A stretch of DNA of 48,998 bases, taken from contig JBHLNS010000024.1 in assembly GCA_048941285.1 (NCBI GenBank), positions 1 to 48,998 on the forward strand, in the 5' to 3' direction. The notes beneath the pieces are model-generated. The model was not told the origin of the DNA, did not search any database, and worked only from the letters and a program-made list of their open reading frames with translations. The translations under genes were made by a program, and so were the position numbers. Below are positions 28,229 to 38,595 of this stretch, piece after piece; positions within the stretch are counted from its first letter, which is position 1; every line of letters begins with the position of its first letter. The DNA comes from Promethearchaeota archaeon. GTDB taxonomy: Archaea; Asgardarchaeota; Lokiarchaeia; Sigyniarchaeales; SOKP01.

Positions 28229-30943
28229 TTATTTACTTTCTTGTAGAATAATAGTACCACTAAAACCGTTAATTTTAATAATTTGACCTGTTTTAAAGAT
28301 TTTACACGCATTTACAATGTTAGTCACTGCAGGAATGCCATACTCTCTCGAAACAACAGCACCATGAGAAAGGATTCCACCAGTCTCAGTAACTAAGCCC
28401 CCAATCTTAGAGAAAACAGGCGTCCAACCAGGATCTGTTCGTGATACTACCAAAATCTCTCCAGCCCGTACTGTTGATATGAGATTAATATCTTGGATTA
28501 TGCGTATAGGTGCTGTTTTAATTCCTTGGCTAGCAGGTAAGCCACGGAAGATTTTGCTTTCTTGAGCATATTCTAAGATATCATTAAATTCTCTTGAGCC
28601 TAAAATAAATTTAGATGGCAATTTATTTTCATATCTTTTAAACTCTTCAAAACGTTTTTCCACTTTGGATATAATATTTTGGATTTCTTGCCGGTTATAT
28701 TTATTCATTGCTAATTTCTTGATCTCTTGTTGATGAAGGAAAAAAATACGATTCTTATCAGATATTATCCCTTGCTTAGTTAAAATCTCACCAATTTCTA
28801 AATACACATTTCTATTCCTTGTAATCCATTTATCAAGATTAAAACGCTGATCTTCTCTAAATTTAATGTATTTCCTGCTGTTATTTAAAATTATCTTGAA
28901 AAACTTCCATTTTAATAATCCAAATCGTTGTGATCTTATTTTTGATTCTACAAATTTTTCGATTAAATCTCGTCTTTTCAAATTTATCGTCTTTAATTCC
29001 TCCAATTCTTGCCCTTGATCTATCACTAATGATTTCAAGATATCAAAAATATTTATCATGGGATATTCTCTCCAGCGTGGATAATAAATTTCCCTTGTAA
29101 AGCCACGATCTCCATAATCTTTTAAAAAATTTTCAAAATCAGCAAGAAAATTTGTATTTAAAAGGTTATTTTCTGTTGAAAGAATATTATAAATACTTCT
29201 TGATTCCCGTTCAATAAATATTGATTTTAATTCTGAAGATTTATTTATAAGTGCAACCAACTGATTAATACGATCATTCGTTTCTGTTAATTTATGGATT
29301 AGACCAGAAACTAAAATTGGATAAAAATGCTGACATTCTTCCTTACTTAAAAATCTAGTAAGAAGATATTGGACTAACAAATTCATCCCAATATTATGTA
29401 CGGGAATTCCATAGCGAATAAGTCGAAAATGTGGAATCATTTTGTTATTTAAATCATCAGCTAGGGTAATAAGTTCGAAAATATTACCCTTATTTGCAAG
29501 TTTTAGTAATTCTTTATCAAATTCTTTACAATATGGATCAAATATCTCTTCATTCCAATTTTCATACGCTTCAGCAGTTTTAGACATCGAACCATTAGGA
29601 TCATAAGCCATTATTCTAAGTTCTGCTACAATACGTTTTATAAGATGAAAAGGTAGATTTTTCATAGTTTTTTTCCCATAGAGTCCTGAACCTTCAGGAA
29701 AATAATTTAAAACATCTTCATTCCTCATGAATTTAGGAATTTCATTTTCAATTTTTTTCCTTATAACATTGAGATTGAAATAAACATGAGCGTTATACAA
29801 TTTCAATAATTGAGTATCCATTCTTTCATAACCCATTATATTGTTTAATTCAATATTTACTACTTTTGTTATTGGATCTCCTAAAATTTCAAAAAATAAA
29901 GGTGTCACGTTATCATTCCAATAATCATCTGAATATCCTCTACTCCATAATATATCTTGGGTTTTATTTAAAGCAGTTACAGGTCGACTTTGCAAAATGT
30001 AAATTCGATTGTCCTGATCTATAGCCCATTCAATATCTTGAGGGCCGTTTTTCAAAGTTTGTTCTATTTCTAATCCAATTTTAGCAAGTTTTATAATTTC
30101 ATCATCACGTAAAGAAGCTTGGTGAATTAGATCATCTGATAATAAAATTTGTTCAATACCTCCTTCATCTTCAAAAGATTTTGGATATATTGCAAATTCT
30201 TTATTACCTATTTGTTTATTTAGAATTTTGAACCCCCCTCTCTTTGATTTTTTAATAGTGAATTGATCGGGACTGGTTCTTCCTGATACAATTGATTCTC
30301 CTAAACCAAAATTTGATTCAATTAATAGTTCAGAATTATTAGACGTTATTGGGTTAATAGTAAATAAAACACCCGCAGATTTCGCTGGTATCATTCTTTG
30401 AACAATAACCGCGATTTTAACGTTATCATGTGGTATTTTATTACTGTTTCGATAAATTATTGCTCGATTAGTCCATAAAGATGCATAACAATTTTTAATA
30501 TTAACCAAAACTTGGTCTAAAGTCATCAAGTTTAAATATGTGTCATATTGCCCTGCAAAAGAGGCTTTTGGTAAATCTTCTGCAGTAGCAGAAGAACGAA
30601 CAGCAACACTCTGAAAGCGGCATTGATTAAATTTAGCTTTAAGTTCTTCAGTTAATTCAGTTGGAATTGAACCATTTTTAATCAAATTACGTATTTTTTT
30701 TGTACTTTTCTTTAATCTTTCTAAGTTATTATGATCTATTGATTCTAGCGATTCATGTATAGTTTCAATCAAATTATTAATTTTAAGAAACAAATCGTAA
30801 GCTTTGGTCTTAATTATAAATCCATTTGGAACAAGAAAATTTCTTTGGATCAATTTACCAAGATTAACTGCTTTATTCCCAACCTCATGGCTCTTTGGGG
30901 AAATTTGTGTTAGGTCTATTATCATAGATTCTTTATTAGGCAT
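28229..30943 (-). CDS. PEP-utilising phosphotransferase, rifampin-phosphotransferase-like architecture
   Basis: N-terminal ATP-grasp (VGNKA, AVRSSATAED...SFAGQ, DIEW, LQSRP), large helical middle region, C-terminal swivel domain TDPGW...GGILSHGAVVSREYGIPAV. Confidence 0.88.
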   Translation of the reverse strand: MPNKESMIIDLTQISPKSHEVGNKAVNLGKLIQRNFLVPNGFIIKTKAYDLFLKINNLIETIHESLESIDHNNLERLKKSTKKIRNLIKNGSIPTELTEELKAKFNQCRFQSVAVRSSATAEDLPKASFAGQYDTYLNLMTLDQVLVNIKNCYASLWTNRAIIYRNSNKIPHDNVKIAVIVQRMIPAKSAGVLFTINPITSNNSELLIESNFGLGESIVSGRTSPDQFTIKKSKRGGFKILNKQIGNKEFAIYPKSFEDEGGIEQILLSDDLIHQASLRDDEIIKLAKIGLEIEQTLKNGPQDIEWAIDQDNRIYILQSRPVTALNKTQDILWSRGYSDDYWNDNVTPLFFEILGDPITKVVNIELNNIMGYERMDTQLLKLYNAHVYFNLNVIRKKIENEIPKFMRNEDVLNYFPEGSGLYGKKTMKNLPFHLIKRIVAELRIMAYDPNGSMSKTAEAYENWNEEIFDPYCKEFDKELLKLANKGNIFELITLADDLNNKMIPHFRLIRYGIPVHNIGMNLLVQYLLTRFLSKEECQHFYPILVSGLIHKLTETNDRINQLVALINKSSELKSIFIERESRSIYNILSTENNLLNTNFLADFENFLKDYGDRGFTREIYYPRWREYPMINIFDILKSLVIDQGQELEELKTINLKRRDLIEKFVESKIRSQRFGLLKWKFFKIILNNSRKYIKFREDQRFNLDKWITRNRNVYLEIGEILTKQGIISDKNRIFFLHQQEIKKLAMNKYNRQEIQNIISKVEKRFEEFKRYENKLPSKFILGSREFNDILEYAQESKIFRGLPASQGIKTAPIRIIQDINLISTVRAGEILVVSRTDPGWTPVFSKIGGLVTETGGILSHGAVVSREYGIPAVTNIVNACKIFKTGQIIKINGFSGTIILQESK

Positions 30944-31145
30944 AAATTACACGGAAAATAGATACTTTTATTTTAAAAGATTTATAATTTAAATTTTCAA
31001 TTTTAAATAATTTAAATACTCTTTTTATTAACTAATAATGTGATAATTATTTACTGGATATTGAATAAATGTAATATTTTCTATTTTAGAAAAATTTATA
31101 GTTTATCCTATTTTTTATTATTTAATCAACTATTCATTACTAATA

Positions 31146-31442
31146 GTGATTAAAATGGGTAAAACTAAGAAAGTAGGAGTCACTGGTAAATACGGAACGA
31201 GATATGGGAGTACTTTAAGGAAAAGAAGTCGTTTAATATTAGAAAAAATGAAAGGAGATATTAAATGCCCCAGATGTATAACAAAAGGCTCGGTTTATAG
31301 GATCTCAACTGGCATCTGGTATTGTAAAAAATGTGATGCCAAATTTACAGGTGGGGCCTATTACATAGAAACACCAAGGGGTGCTGAGGCTTTCCGTATT
31401 GCAAAGCGTAAACAAAGAGAATTAGAAGTCACTGAAGAATAA
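31146..31442 (+). CDS. rpl37ae: 50S ribosomal protein L37ae (eL43)
   Basis: TKKVG.TGKYGTRYG..LRK, CPRC, GIWYCKKC, FTGGAY. Confidence 0.97.
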   Translation: MIKMGKTKKVGVTGKYGTRYGSTLRKRSRLILEKMKGDIKCPRCITKGSVYRISTGIWYCKKCDAKFTGGAYYIETPRGAEAFRIAKRKQRELEVTEE

Positions 31443-31723
31443 TGAGTCAAAACAATATCTTCTCAATAAAATCTAGAATAGAATTTCATTTTTATAATTC
31501 TCAATTGCGTGACATTTCTTTTAACTCATTTTTACCAGAGTCTAAACGGCTAAAAACTAAAAGATCCAAAATTTCAATTGAAAAAAAAAATGACTTAGAT
31601 ATAGTTTTTGAGATACAAAGCAGTGATATAACTGCCTTCCGTGCAACTCTTAATGAAATTATAAGCTTTGGGAAAGTAATAACGGAAACTATACAGATAG
31701 TTGATAATTCAAAAAATAATTAA
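31442..31723 (+). CDS. pcc1: KEOPS complex subunit Pcc1
   Basis: SFLPE, RSKISI, DITAFRATLN; position between rpl37ae and pfdB. Confidence 0.85.
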   Translation: MSQNNIFSIKSRIEFHFYNSQLRDISFNSFLPESKRLKTKRSKISIEKKNDLDIVFEIQSSDITAFRATLNEIISFGKVITETIQIVDNSKNN

Positions 31724-31772
31724 ATTATATTTAATATAAAAATAGATAATAAAAAATAAAAGGAGATTATAA

Positions 31773-32129
31773 ATGTCACAGATCAATCTTGACAATTTAA
31801 CTGAAGAACAAAAGCAAAAACTTTTAAATCTGAATAATCTTCAGCAATCTTTTGAATTTATCACTTCACAAAGACTACAATTTGAGAGTACAATTAGAGA
31901 AACAGAATTAGCAATTGAGGAATTAGAAAAAATAACGCAAGAAGATACAGTATATAAAGCAATTGGAGGAATTCTAGTGAAAAGTGAAAAAAATAAGTTA
32001 TTAGACGAGAAAAAAAGTCTAAAAGTCACTCTAGAAATGCGTCTAAAAACATTGAAACAAAAAGAAGAGCGGGTAAAAACTCAAATTGAAACAATGAGAA
32101 AGTCTCTCCAAGCAGATTTTGCAAAATAA
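31773..32129 (+). CDS. pfdB: Prefoldin beta subunit
   Basis: Coiled coils flanking the VYKAIGGILVK hairpin; gene context. Confidence 0.93.
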   Translation: MSQINLDNLTEEQKQKLLNLNNLQQSFEFITSQRLQFESTIRETELAIEELEKITQEDTVYKAIGGILVKSEKNKLLDEKKSLKVTLEMRLKTLKQKEERVKTQIETMRKSLQADFAK

Positions 32130-32146
32130 AATTTGTAGAAATTTAT

Positions 32147-33154
32147 ATGTTGAAATCTAAATTTGAAAATTTTTTAGCTTTCATAAAAAACAAAAATATC
32201 CTAATTACGACACACGATTTAGTAGATATTGATGGATTAGTCTCTTGTTTTACTTTAAATTTTTTCATAAATCAAAACTTTAAAAATCAAAAGGCTTCAA
32301 TATATTTTTCAGGATTATCTAAATCAACTGAAGATTTCATTAAAAATTTTAGTGAAACTTATCCTGAATTTAATTTTTCTTATGAGAAAGTTGTTGATCT
32401 TACCAAAATTGACCTCTTTATAATAGTAGATACAAGCAATTTAAATCAAATTAAAATTAATAATAATTTAGATATATTACATTCAAATATTCCTTACATT
32501 TTTATAGATCATCATTATAAAGAATTAGATTCAGAAGAAAGTAATAATAAATCATTCGATTTAATAAATGATAATTATTCTTCCACCGCAGAAATAATTT
32601 TAGAATTATTTGAATTCTATAAAATACCATTGACTCTACATTTAAAAATTCTCAATATATCGGCAATATTAACTGATTCAGGTTTCTTTAAACATGGAAA
32701 TAATAAATCTATTCAAAATGTTAGCAATTTATTATGTGAAGAAATAAAAATCCAAGAGATATATCTTCTTCTTCAAAGCCATACAGATATCTCAGAAAAG
32801 ATCGCAAATATAAAAGGATTACAGAGAGTGAAGTTAATTCGAGAGGGAGAATATTTAATTGGAATAACGAAAGTAAGTAGTTTTGGAGCAAGTGTGGCCT
32901 CAATGTTGACAAAAACGGGATTTGATATTGGAATAACTATATCAAAAGAACCGAATCAGTATGTAATCAATACTAGAGCTAAAAAAACTGTATGTATAAA
33001 AACTGGATTGAATTTAGGAAAAATTTTAAAGGAAATATCTGAAAAGTATAAATGTAATGGTGGTGGCCATGATGGAGCAGCATCTATAACATTTAATATA
33101 GAATCTGATATTGTCATTCAAGAAATTGTTGAAAAAATAAAACAATTTTTATAA
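32147..33154 (+). CDS. DHH/DHHA1 phosphoesterase (NrnA-like)
   Basis: TH..VDIDG, IVDT, IDHH, TDSGFF, GGGHDGAA. Confidence 0.9.
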   Translation: MLKSKFENFLAFIKNKNILITTHDLVDIDGLVSCFTLNFFINQNFKNQKASIYFSGLSKSTEDFIKNFSETYPEFNFSYEKVVDLTKIDLFIIVDTSNLNQIKINNNLDILHSNIPYIFIDHHYKELDSEESNNKSFDLINDNYSSTAEIILELFEFYKIPLTLHLKILNISAILTDSGFFKHGNNKSIQNVSNLLCEEIKIQEIYLLLQSHTDISEKIANIKGLQRVKLIREGEYLIGITKVSSFGASVASMLTKTGFDIGITISKEPNQYVINTRAKKTVCIKTGLNLGKILKEISEKYKCNGGGHDGAASITFNIESDIVIQEIVEKIKQFL

Positions 33155-33216
33155 TCTAAATTATAAATAATCAAAAATTATCAAAGAAAAAGAACCTAAA
33201 TAGAATACATCTTGCA

Positions 33217-34050
33217 ATGGATTTAATTAAATTTGAAAACTTTTATTACCGGTATAAAGGAAACGAGGAATATGCTTTAAATAATATCAATTTAAATATT
33301 GAAGATAATAAATTCATATTATTATGTGGAGAAACAGGAAGTGGAAAAACTACACTCATTAGGTGTATGAATGGTTTAATTCCTCAGTTTTATGCCGGTT
33401 TTTATAAAGGAAATGTAGAATTATGGAATGGAAAAAATACTGTGGAGACGCCAATAGCAGATTTATCTACTGAAATAGGAATTGTATTTCAGAATCCAGA
33501 AAATCAATTAATAGCAATGAATGTAGAACACGAAATTGCTTTTGGATTAGAAAATTTGGGTGTCCCTGCTAAAGAAATTTCAAAAAGAATAAAAGAAAGT
33601 GCGTCAATAACGGAAATTGAGCATATCCTAGATAAAGCCCCATTTGAATTGAGTGGTGGAGAACAACAACGAGTAGCAATTGCATCAATTTTAGTTTTAG
33701 AACCAAAAATCTTGATCCTAGACGAGCCTACTGCTTTATTAGACCCCTATATGGCTAAAAAAATAATTAATTTGTTAAATGACATAAAAAATGATAAAAA
33801 TATCTCAATTTTAATTAGTGAACATCGACTAGATCTTATTTTACCTTTCTCTCAACAAATAATTTTAATGAAAAACGGAAGTATAATAGAATATGGGCTC
33901 ACTGAGCAAGTTATTAATGGTAATAATTTTCAGACTTTAAGATTAAATAAACCTGTTATATATTCAATTTTTAACACCTTAAAAGTGGAAAAATTATATA
34001 ATAAGAATATTCCGACCTCAATTCCTGAAGCAATTAGATCCTTAAAATAA
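33217..34050 (+). CDS. ecfA1: ECF transporter ATPase A
   Basis: GETGSGKT, FQNPENQ, LSGGEQQR, LDEPT. Confidence 0.92.
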   Translation: MDLIKFENFYYRYKGNEEYALNNINLNIEDNKFILLCGETGSGKTTLIRCMNGLIPQFYAGFYKGNVELWNGKNTVETPIADLSTEIGIVFQNPENQLIAMNVEHEIAFGLENLGVPAKEISKRIKESASITEIEHILDKAPFELSGGEQQRVAIASILVLEPKILILDEPTALLDPYMAKKIINLLNDIKNDKNISILISEHRLDLILPFSQQIILMKNGSIIEYGLTEQVINGNNFQTLRLNKPVIYSIFNTLKVEKLYNKNIPTSIPEAIRSLK

Positions 34051-34074
34051 TAATTTAAAAGGAGATAAACACAA

Positions 34075-34929
34075 ATGGCTAAAAAAATCCCTATTATTAT
34101 GATTAGAGATATTGCTTACACTTATCCCAATGGAACTGAGGCATTAAAAAATATAAATTTAAATATATTTAAAGGGGAATTAGTTGCCATTATGGGAAAA
34201 AACGGAGCTGGTAAGACTAGTCTTATCAGAACATTTAATGGATTAATTAAACCGACACGAGGTAATATTTATATTGAAAATGAAAATATTAGCTCTAAAA
34301 GTATTGCAACTTTATCTAAAAAGGTGGGGATTATATTTCAAAATCCTTTACATCAATTGTTTTCTAATTCAGTAGAGGAAGAAATTAAATTTTCATTAAA
34401 GAGTTTTAATCTTGACAAAGAAGAAGTTAATATTAGAATAAATAAGATATTGAGCGATTTTAATCTTGAAAAATATAGAGAGCGATCACCTCTTAATCTT
34501 TCTGGTGGAGAATCTAAAAAGCTTGCCATAGCATCCATAATTTGTAGAGATCCCGAAGTCTTAGTTTTTGATGAACCAACCTTGGGTCAGGATGCAAAAG
34601 AAATAGAATTTTTTATTAACTTAATTAAAAAGGAGAGAAATAATGGGAAAACAATAATTATCATTACCCACAATATTGAATTTGCCTATGAATACTTACC
34701 TCGAACAATATTGATGGATAATGGACAAATAATTGCCGATGGACCGACAAAAGAAATTTTGAATAATGAAGTATTAATAGAGAAAACTTCATTGATTCAA
34801 CCACAAATATGGCAGTTTTCTGCAGCATTAACAGCGAGTGGATTTCCGAGAACAGCAGACATATTATCTAAAGAAGCTCTTATAAATTATTTAAGGAATT
34901 TTTTAAAAAATAAATCTCTAAAAATATAG
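34075..34929 (+). CDS. ecfA2: ECF transporter ATPase A'
   Basis: GKNGAGKT, FQNPLHQLF, LSGGE, DEPTLGQD. Confidence 0.92.
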   Translation: MAKKIPIIMIRDIAYTYPNGTEALKNINLNIFKGELVAIMGKNGAGKTSLIRTFNGLIKPTRGNIYIENENISSKSIATLSKKVGIIFQNPLHQLFSNSVEEEIKFSLKSFNLDKEEVNIRINKILSDFNLEKYRERSPLNLSGGESKKLAIASIICRDPEVLVFDEPTLGQDAKEIEFFINLIKKERNNGKTIIIITHNIEFAYEYLPRTILMDNGQIIADGPTKEILNNEVLIEKTSLIQPQIWQFSAALTASGFPRTADILSKEALINYLRNFLKNKSLKI

Positions 34930-34944
34930 GAGGAAACCATTGAA

Positions 34945-35712
34945 ATGTCCCTAGATTTTCTAAATGCTTTTAAGTTTATGAAACAAAAGTCTTTTTTGCA
35001 TAATTTAGATCCAAGGGCAAAATTGGTACTTTCAGTTGTTTATACTGTATCTGCATTATTATTTATTGAAATAATTCCATTATTACTTATTTTCTTAAGT
35101 TTAGTTCCATTAATTCTAATAGGAAAGTTATTCAAGCAATGGATTAAAAGTATTCGCGGTTTAGCATTTTTAATTCTCCTCATAATTATTCTAAATACAT
35201 TTTTTATTTCCTTATCATTTGCTGTTGCAATGATTTTAAGAATTTATATCATGATTTCTGCTTTTTCTATCTTCTTTTTAACAGTAGATCCAAACGATTT
35301 AGCTCTTTCTTTGATTTCAATGAAAATTCCTTATGAATTTGCATTTTCATTTTCTTTAGCTTTTAGATTTGTCCCTACCATCGCAAATGAAGCTCAAAAC
35401 ATTTTAGATGCTCAACAGAGTAGAGGTTATGAAATGCAAAAAAAGGGACTTATAAGTCAGATAAAAAATCTTTTTCCTCTCTTAATTCCTTTAATCATAT
35501 GTTCTATTAAGAGAGCTTTTAATGTTGCAGAAGCTCTTGAATCAAGAGCTTTCGGGAGTAAAAAGGAGCGTACTTTTTATTATACTATTAAATACACATT
35601 AAAAGATTGGATTTTTACAATTTATTTGTTGACATTCTTAATTCTTACTATTTTTATAAGAATTCAATTCAATATACTACCAGCTTTCTTACAATGGAGT
35701 ATGCCAGTATGA
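34945..35712 (+). CDS. ecfT: ECF transporter transmembrane component T
   Basis: LDPRAKL, ALRF-like AFRFVP, AQQSRG, ALESRAF. Confidence 0.92.
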   Translation: MSLDFLNAFKFMKQKSFLHNLDPRAKLVLSVVYTVSALLFIEIIPLLLIFLSLVPLILIGKLFKQWIKSIRGLAFLILLIIILNTFFISLSFAVAMILRIYIMISAFSIFFLTVDPNDLALSLISMKIPYEFAFSFSLAFRFVPTIANEAQNILDAQQSRGYEMQKKGLISQIKNLFPLLIPLIICSIKRAFNVAEALESRAFGSKKERTFYYTIKYTLKDWIFTIYLLTFLILTIFIRIQFNILPAFLQWSMPV

Positions 35713-36389
35713 TTGTAAACGAATTTAAAATCCAAGACTTGAATTTACATTATTTTGTTGGGATTAATCAAATCAAATTATCGTTGAATAAGATTATTGA
35801 AACTAATAAAATAAAAAAGAAGGAGGAAATATTAAACCAGTTTTTTAATATAATTTACGAGATACAAGATAGGTATGAAAATTCAATGATTCAGTTCATT
35901 AAAGATAAATATCTCTTAAATAAGGAACATATTTTCACAGCATGCTATTATTTGGAGAAAGCATTTTTACAAAATAATAACATTTCCAACAAAAAGAATA
36001 TTGAATTATTAGTATATCTTGCAACTAAACGACAAATTAATAAGAGTATTGAAGGTTTTGGGATAGAGTATTCAGATTTAATTAAAAATAAATTAACTTT
36101 TTGTATAATCTCACCAAAAAACAATCTAGATAGTATTAATACGACCCTATTGAGTGTCCTATCAGCTGAAGAAGAGGAAATAACCTTAAATTTGCAATCA
36201 AACTCTAAGATACATGAGATAAAAAAATTTTTTAAAATTTCTAATAACCAAATAGATTGTGCTCTAAATTCGTATGGGATTGTTTCACGTAATTCGGAAC
36301 TTAATTTAAAATATTTAGCTTCAGCAGTGTATGATTTAATTTGTGAAAAAATGGCTATCTTATATGTAGAGAAAGCAAAAAAAGCGTAA
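35709..36389 (+). CDS. cgi121: KEOPS complex subunit Cgi121
   Basis: HIFTA..., IELLVYLATKRQINKSIEGFG, ICEKMAIL. The start is placed at ATG 35709, which overlaps the ecfT stop (ATGA). Confidence 0.8.
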   Translation: MIVNEFKIQDLNLHYFVGINQIKLSLNKIIETNKIKKKEEILNQFFNIIYEIQDRYENSMIQFIKDKYLLNKEHIFTACYYLEKAFLQNNNISNKKNIELLVYLATKRQINKSIEGFGIEYSDLIKNKLTFCIISPKNNLDSINTTLLSVLSAEEEEITLNLQSNSKIHEIKKFFKISNNQIDCALNSYGIVSRNSELNLKYLASAVYDLICEKMAILYVEKAKKA

Positions 36390-36400
36390 ATATTAGCATC

Positions 36401-36925
36401 TCAGTTTCTAATTCTGATAATTTCATCTTTTTTCAAAAATGATACTCCAGTTATATTTCCTAATATTTCAATTCTAACAATTTTATCTGGATTTTCAAGA
36501 TCAACTTCATTATCTACAGTTTTTGCAATTCTTTCAATAAAGTTATTTCTTTCTATCTTTTGGTGATGTCTACGCTTTAATATTATCTTAAAGGATTCAT
36601 TTTCATCAATAAACTGTTTGTAGGTTTCTTTTATTAATTTTTCTATAACCTTAATATCAGTCTCACAAATGAAATCGACCGGGATAATTTTCAAGATAAA
36701 TTGAAAAAAATCATGATCTTTATTTTGAATTTTTTTAATTTTAGAAATTACTTTTTTTGGATTTAAGTTGGTAAATGCAGCAATTAAACCAGGAAACTGA
36801 ATTTTTGAAATAACAGGGTATGAATCACCACACATTAATAATAAAAACCATAACTCTGAGCTTGCATTTGTTTCATTATATCTTGAAGTTGACACTAAAA
36901 GATTAAAATTTTTCATAACTCTCAT
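36401..36925 (-). CDS. Stand-alone THUMP domain protein (Tan1-like)
   Basis: FNLLVST, KIIPVD, SFKIILKRR, VDLENPDKIVRIEILG. Confidence 0.85.
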   Translation of the reverse strand: MRVMKNFNLLVSTSRYNETNASSELWFLLLMCGDSYPVISKIQFPGLIAAFTNLNPKKVISKIKKIQNKDHDFFQFILKIIPVDFICETDIKVIEKLIKETYKQFIDENESFKIILKRRHHQKIERNNFIERIAKTVDNEVDLENPDKIVRIEILGNITGVSFLKKDEIIRIRN

Positions 36926-36930
36926 TTTTT

Positions 36931-37590
36931 TTATTTTGATAAATATTTTAATATTTCTTCATCAGAAATCTTTCCAATTCGTAAAAATCTTATTTCCTCG
37001 TAGGTACAATCAATAATTGTAGTCGCTAGCTTAGTTTTTGACTTGCCACCATCAATGATTAAATCTATAGGGCTTAAAATTTTTTTTGATACTTCTTCTC
37101 CACTTAAAGAGGGAGATTCTCCAGAATAATTAGCGGAAGTCCCTATAATCCCTCCAAAATAGCCTTTTTCCTTTAAAAGTTTTAATATGCTTAAAATTAT
37201 TTTGTTTTCAGGAATTCGTAACCCAATTGTATTTTGAAAAGCTGTTACTTCGGGGGGGATGATATTCGGTTCTTTTCTCTTCAATATCAATGTTAATTGA
37301 CCTGGCCAATATCGATCTGCCAATTTTTTTGCAGTTGTATTGAATTCAGCGATTTTATTGGCTTCTTCATAGTCCGAAACTAATAACAATAATCCTTTCG
37401 ATCTATCACGAAATTTAATATCGTATATTCTATTTATTACTTCTAAATTCTGAGGATCGCCCCCAATTCCATAAACAGAATCTGTTGGAAAAGCAATAAC
37501 TTTCCCTTCAATTATATTATCAACCGCAATATCAAGATAAAGCTTAATGTCTTTTATCTCTTTCCCAGCCAACTTAATTAAAAAACCCAT
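36931..37590 (-). CDS. sua5: Threonylcarbamoyl-AMP synthase (TsaC/Sua5, YrdC domain only)
   Basis: AFPTDSVYG, IKFR, WPGQLTLIL, GLRIP, TSANYSG. Confidence 0.93.
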   Translation of the reverse strand: MGFLIKLAGKEIKDIKLYLDIAVDNIIEGKVIAFPTDSVYGIGGDPQNLEVINRIYDIKFRDRSKGLLLLVSDYEEANKIAEFNTTAKKLADRYWPGQLTLILKRKEPNIIPPEVTAFQNTIGLRIPENKIILSILKLLKEKGYFGGIIGTSANYSGESPSLSGEEVSKKILSPIDLIIDGGKSKTKLATTIIDCTYEEIRFLRIGKISDEEILKYLSK

Positions 37591-37649
37591 TTGAATCGCG
37601 AACCAATTTTAAACTGATAATAAAAATAGAATTAGTAAAAATATAAAGA

Positions 37650-38591
37650 TTATTTTGGATATTGGTCTTGACAACTTATATCCGCTTCTAAACGTTTCCA
37701 AGTATGATCTAAATATTCTTGAAGTTCAATTAAATCTTTTTCTGAAATATTTGCAAATCTTTTCTGTTTAGAAAGATAATCTATCAGTGGAGGCCTTTTC
37801 GAGGGATCTAACAATGGTTTACTTGCTTTTGATAAAGTCATAATTCCATTTTCTACTTCATAAAGAATCCATGAACCTGTCTTTACAGCTAAGCGAGCAA
37901 TTTCTATTGTATTTTCAGAATTAAATCCCCATCCTGTACAACAAGGAGCCATTATATGGATGTATCTACAGCCTTTAATCGATTTTGCTTTTTTAAATTT
38001 ATCATATAAATCTAATGGTTCACTTATAGAACACGTAGCTACATAAGGAATATCATGAGCTGCCATAATTGCGGGAAGATTCTTTTTGAAGCGATCCTTT
38101 CCCTTTGTGGTTGTGCTTGTCCATGCCCCATGTGGCGTACTTGAAGATCTTTGAATACCTGTATTCATATATGCTTCATTGTCATAACAAACATAAATTT
38201 GGTCTGAATTTCTTTCGGCTGCCCCACTCAATCCTTGAATACCTATATCTGCAGTACCACCATCTCCAGCAAATGTAATTGTAGTCATTTCGTCCCAAAC
38301 TTTCCCAGGAAATCTATATGACTTGGCTTTAAATGCAGCAGACATTCCCGTTGCTGCAGCTGCACCCGCTGCAAAAGCCATATTTGTAAAAGGAAAATTT
38401 GGTGCTGTTTTTGGCCATAACCCCACTACAACATTTAGGCAGGAAGCGGGGGTCACAAGTGCTGTGTTAGGTCCTAACGCTTTCATCGCCCATCTAAGGG
38501 CAATTTCTAAACCACATCCAGCACAACATGAATTTCCTGGAAGGAAATATTCTTCTTGGCAGGATTCTAAAACTTCTTTTAATTTAACCAT
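37650..38591 (-). CDS. porB: 2-oxoacid:ferredoxin oxidoreductase beta subunit
   Basis: CAGCG, GDGGTADIG, DNEAYMNTGIQRS. The likely start is the ATG at 38591 (MVKL). Confidence 0.93.
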   Translation of the reverse strand: MVKLKEVLESCQEEYFLPGNSCCAGCGLEIALRWAMKALGPNTALVTPASCLNVVVGLWPKTAPNFPFTNMAFAAGAAAATGMSAAFKAKSYRFPGKVWDEMTTITFAGDGGTADIGIQGLSGAAERNSDQIYVCYDNEAYMNTGIQRSSSTPHGAWTSTTTKGKDRFKKNLPAIMAAHDIPYVATCSISEPLDLYDKFKKAKSIKGCRYIHIMAPCCTGWGFNSENTIEIARLAVKTGSWILYEVENGIMTLSKASKPLLDPSKRPPLIDYLSKQKRFANISEKDLIELQEYLDHTWKRLEADISCQDQYPK

Positions 38592-38595
38592 TCTT

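Noticed and set aside
35607-35708. N-terminal extension of Cgi121 given in the ORF track
   Set aside because: It overlaps ecfT by about 100 nt. The ATGA-coupled start at 35709 is more plausible.
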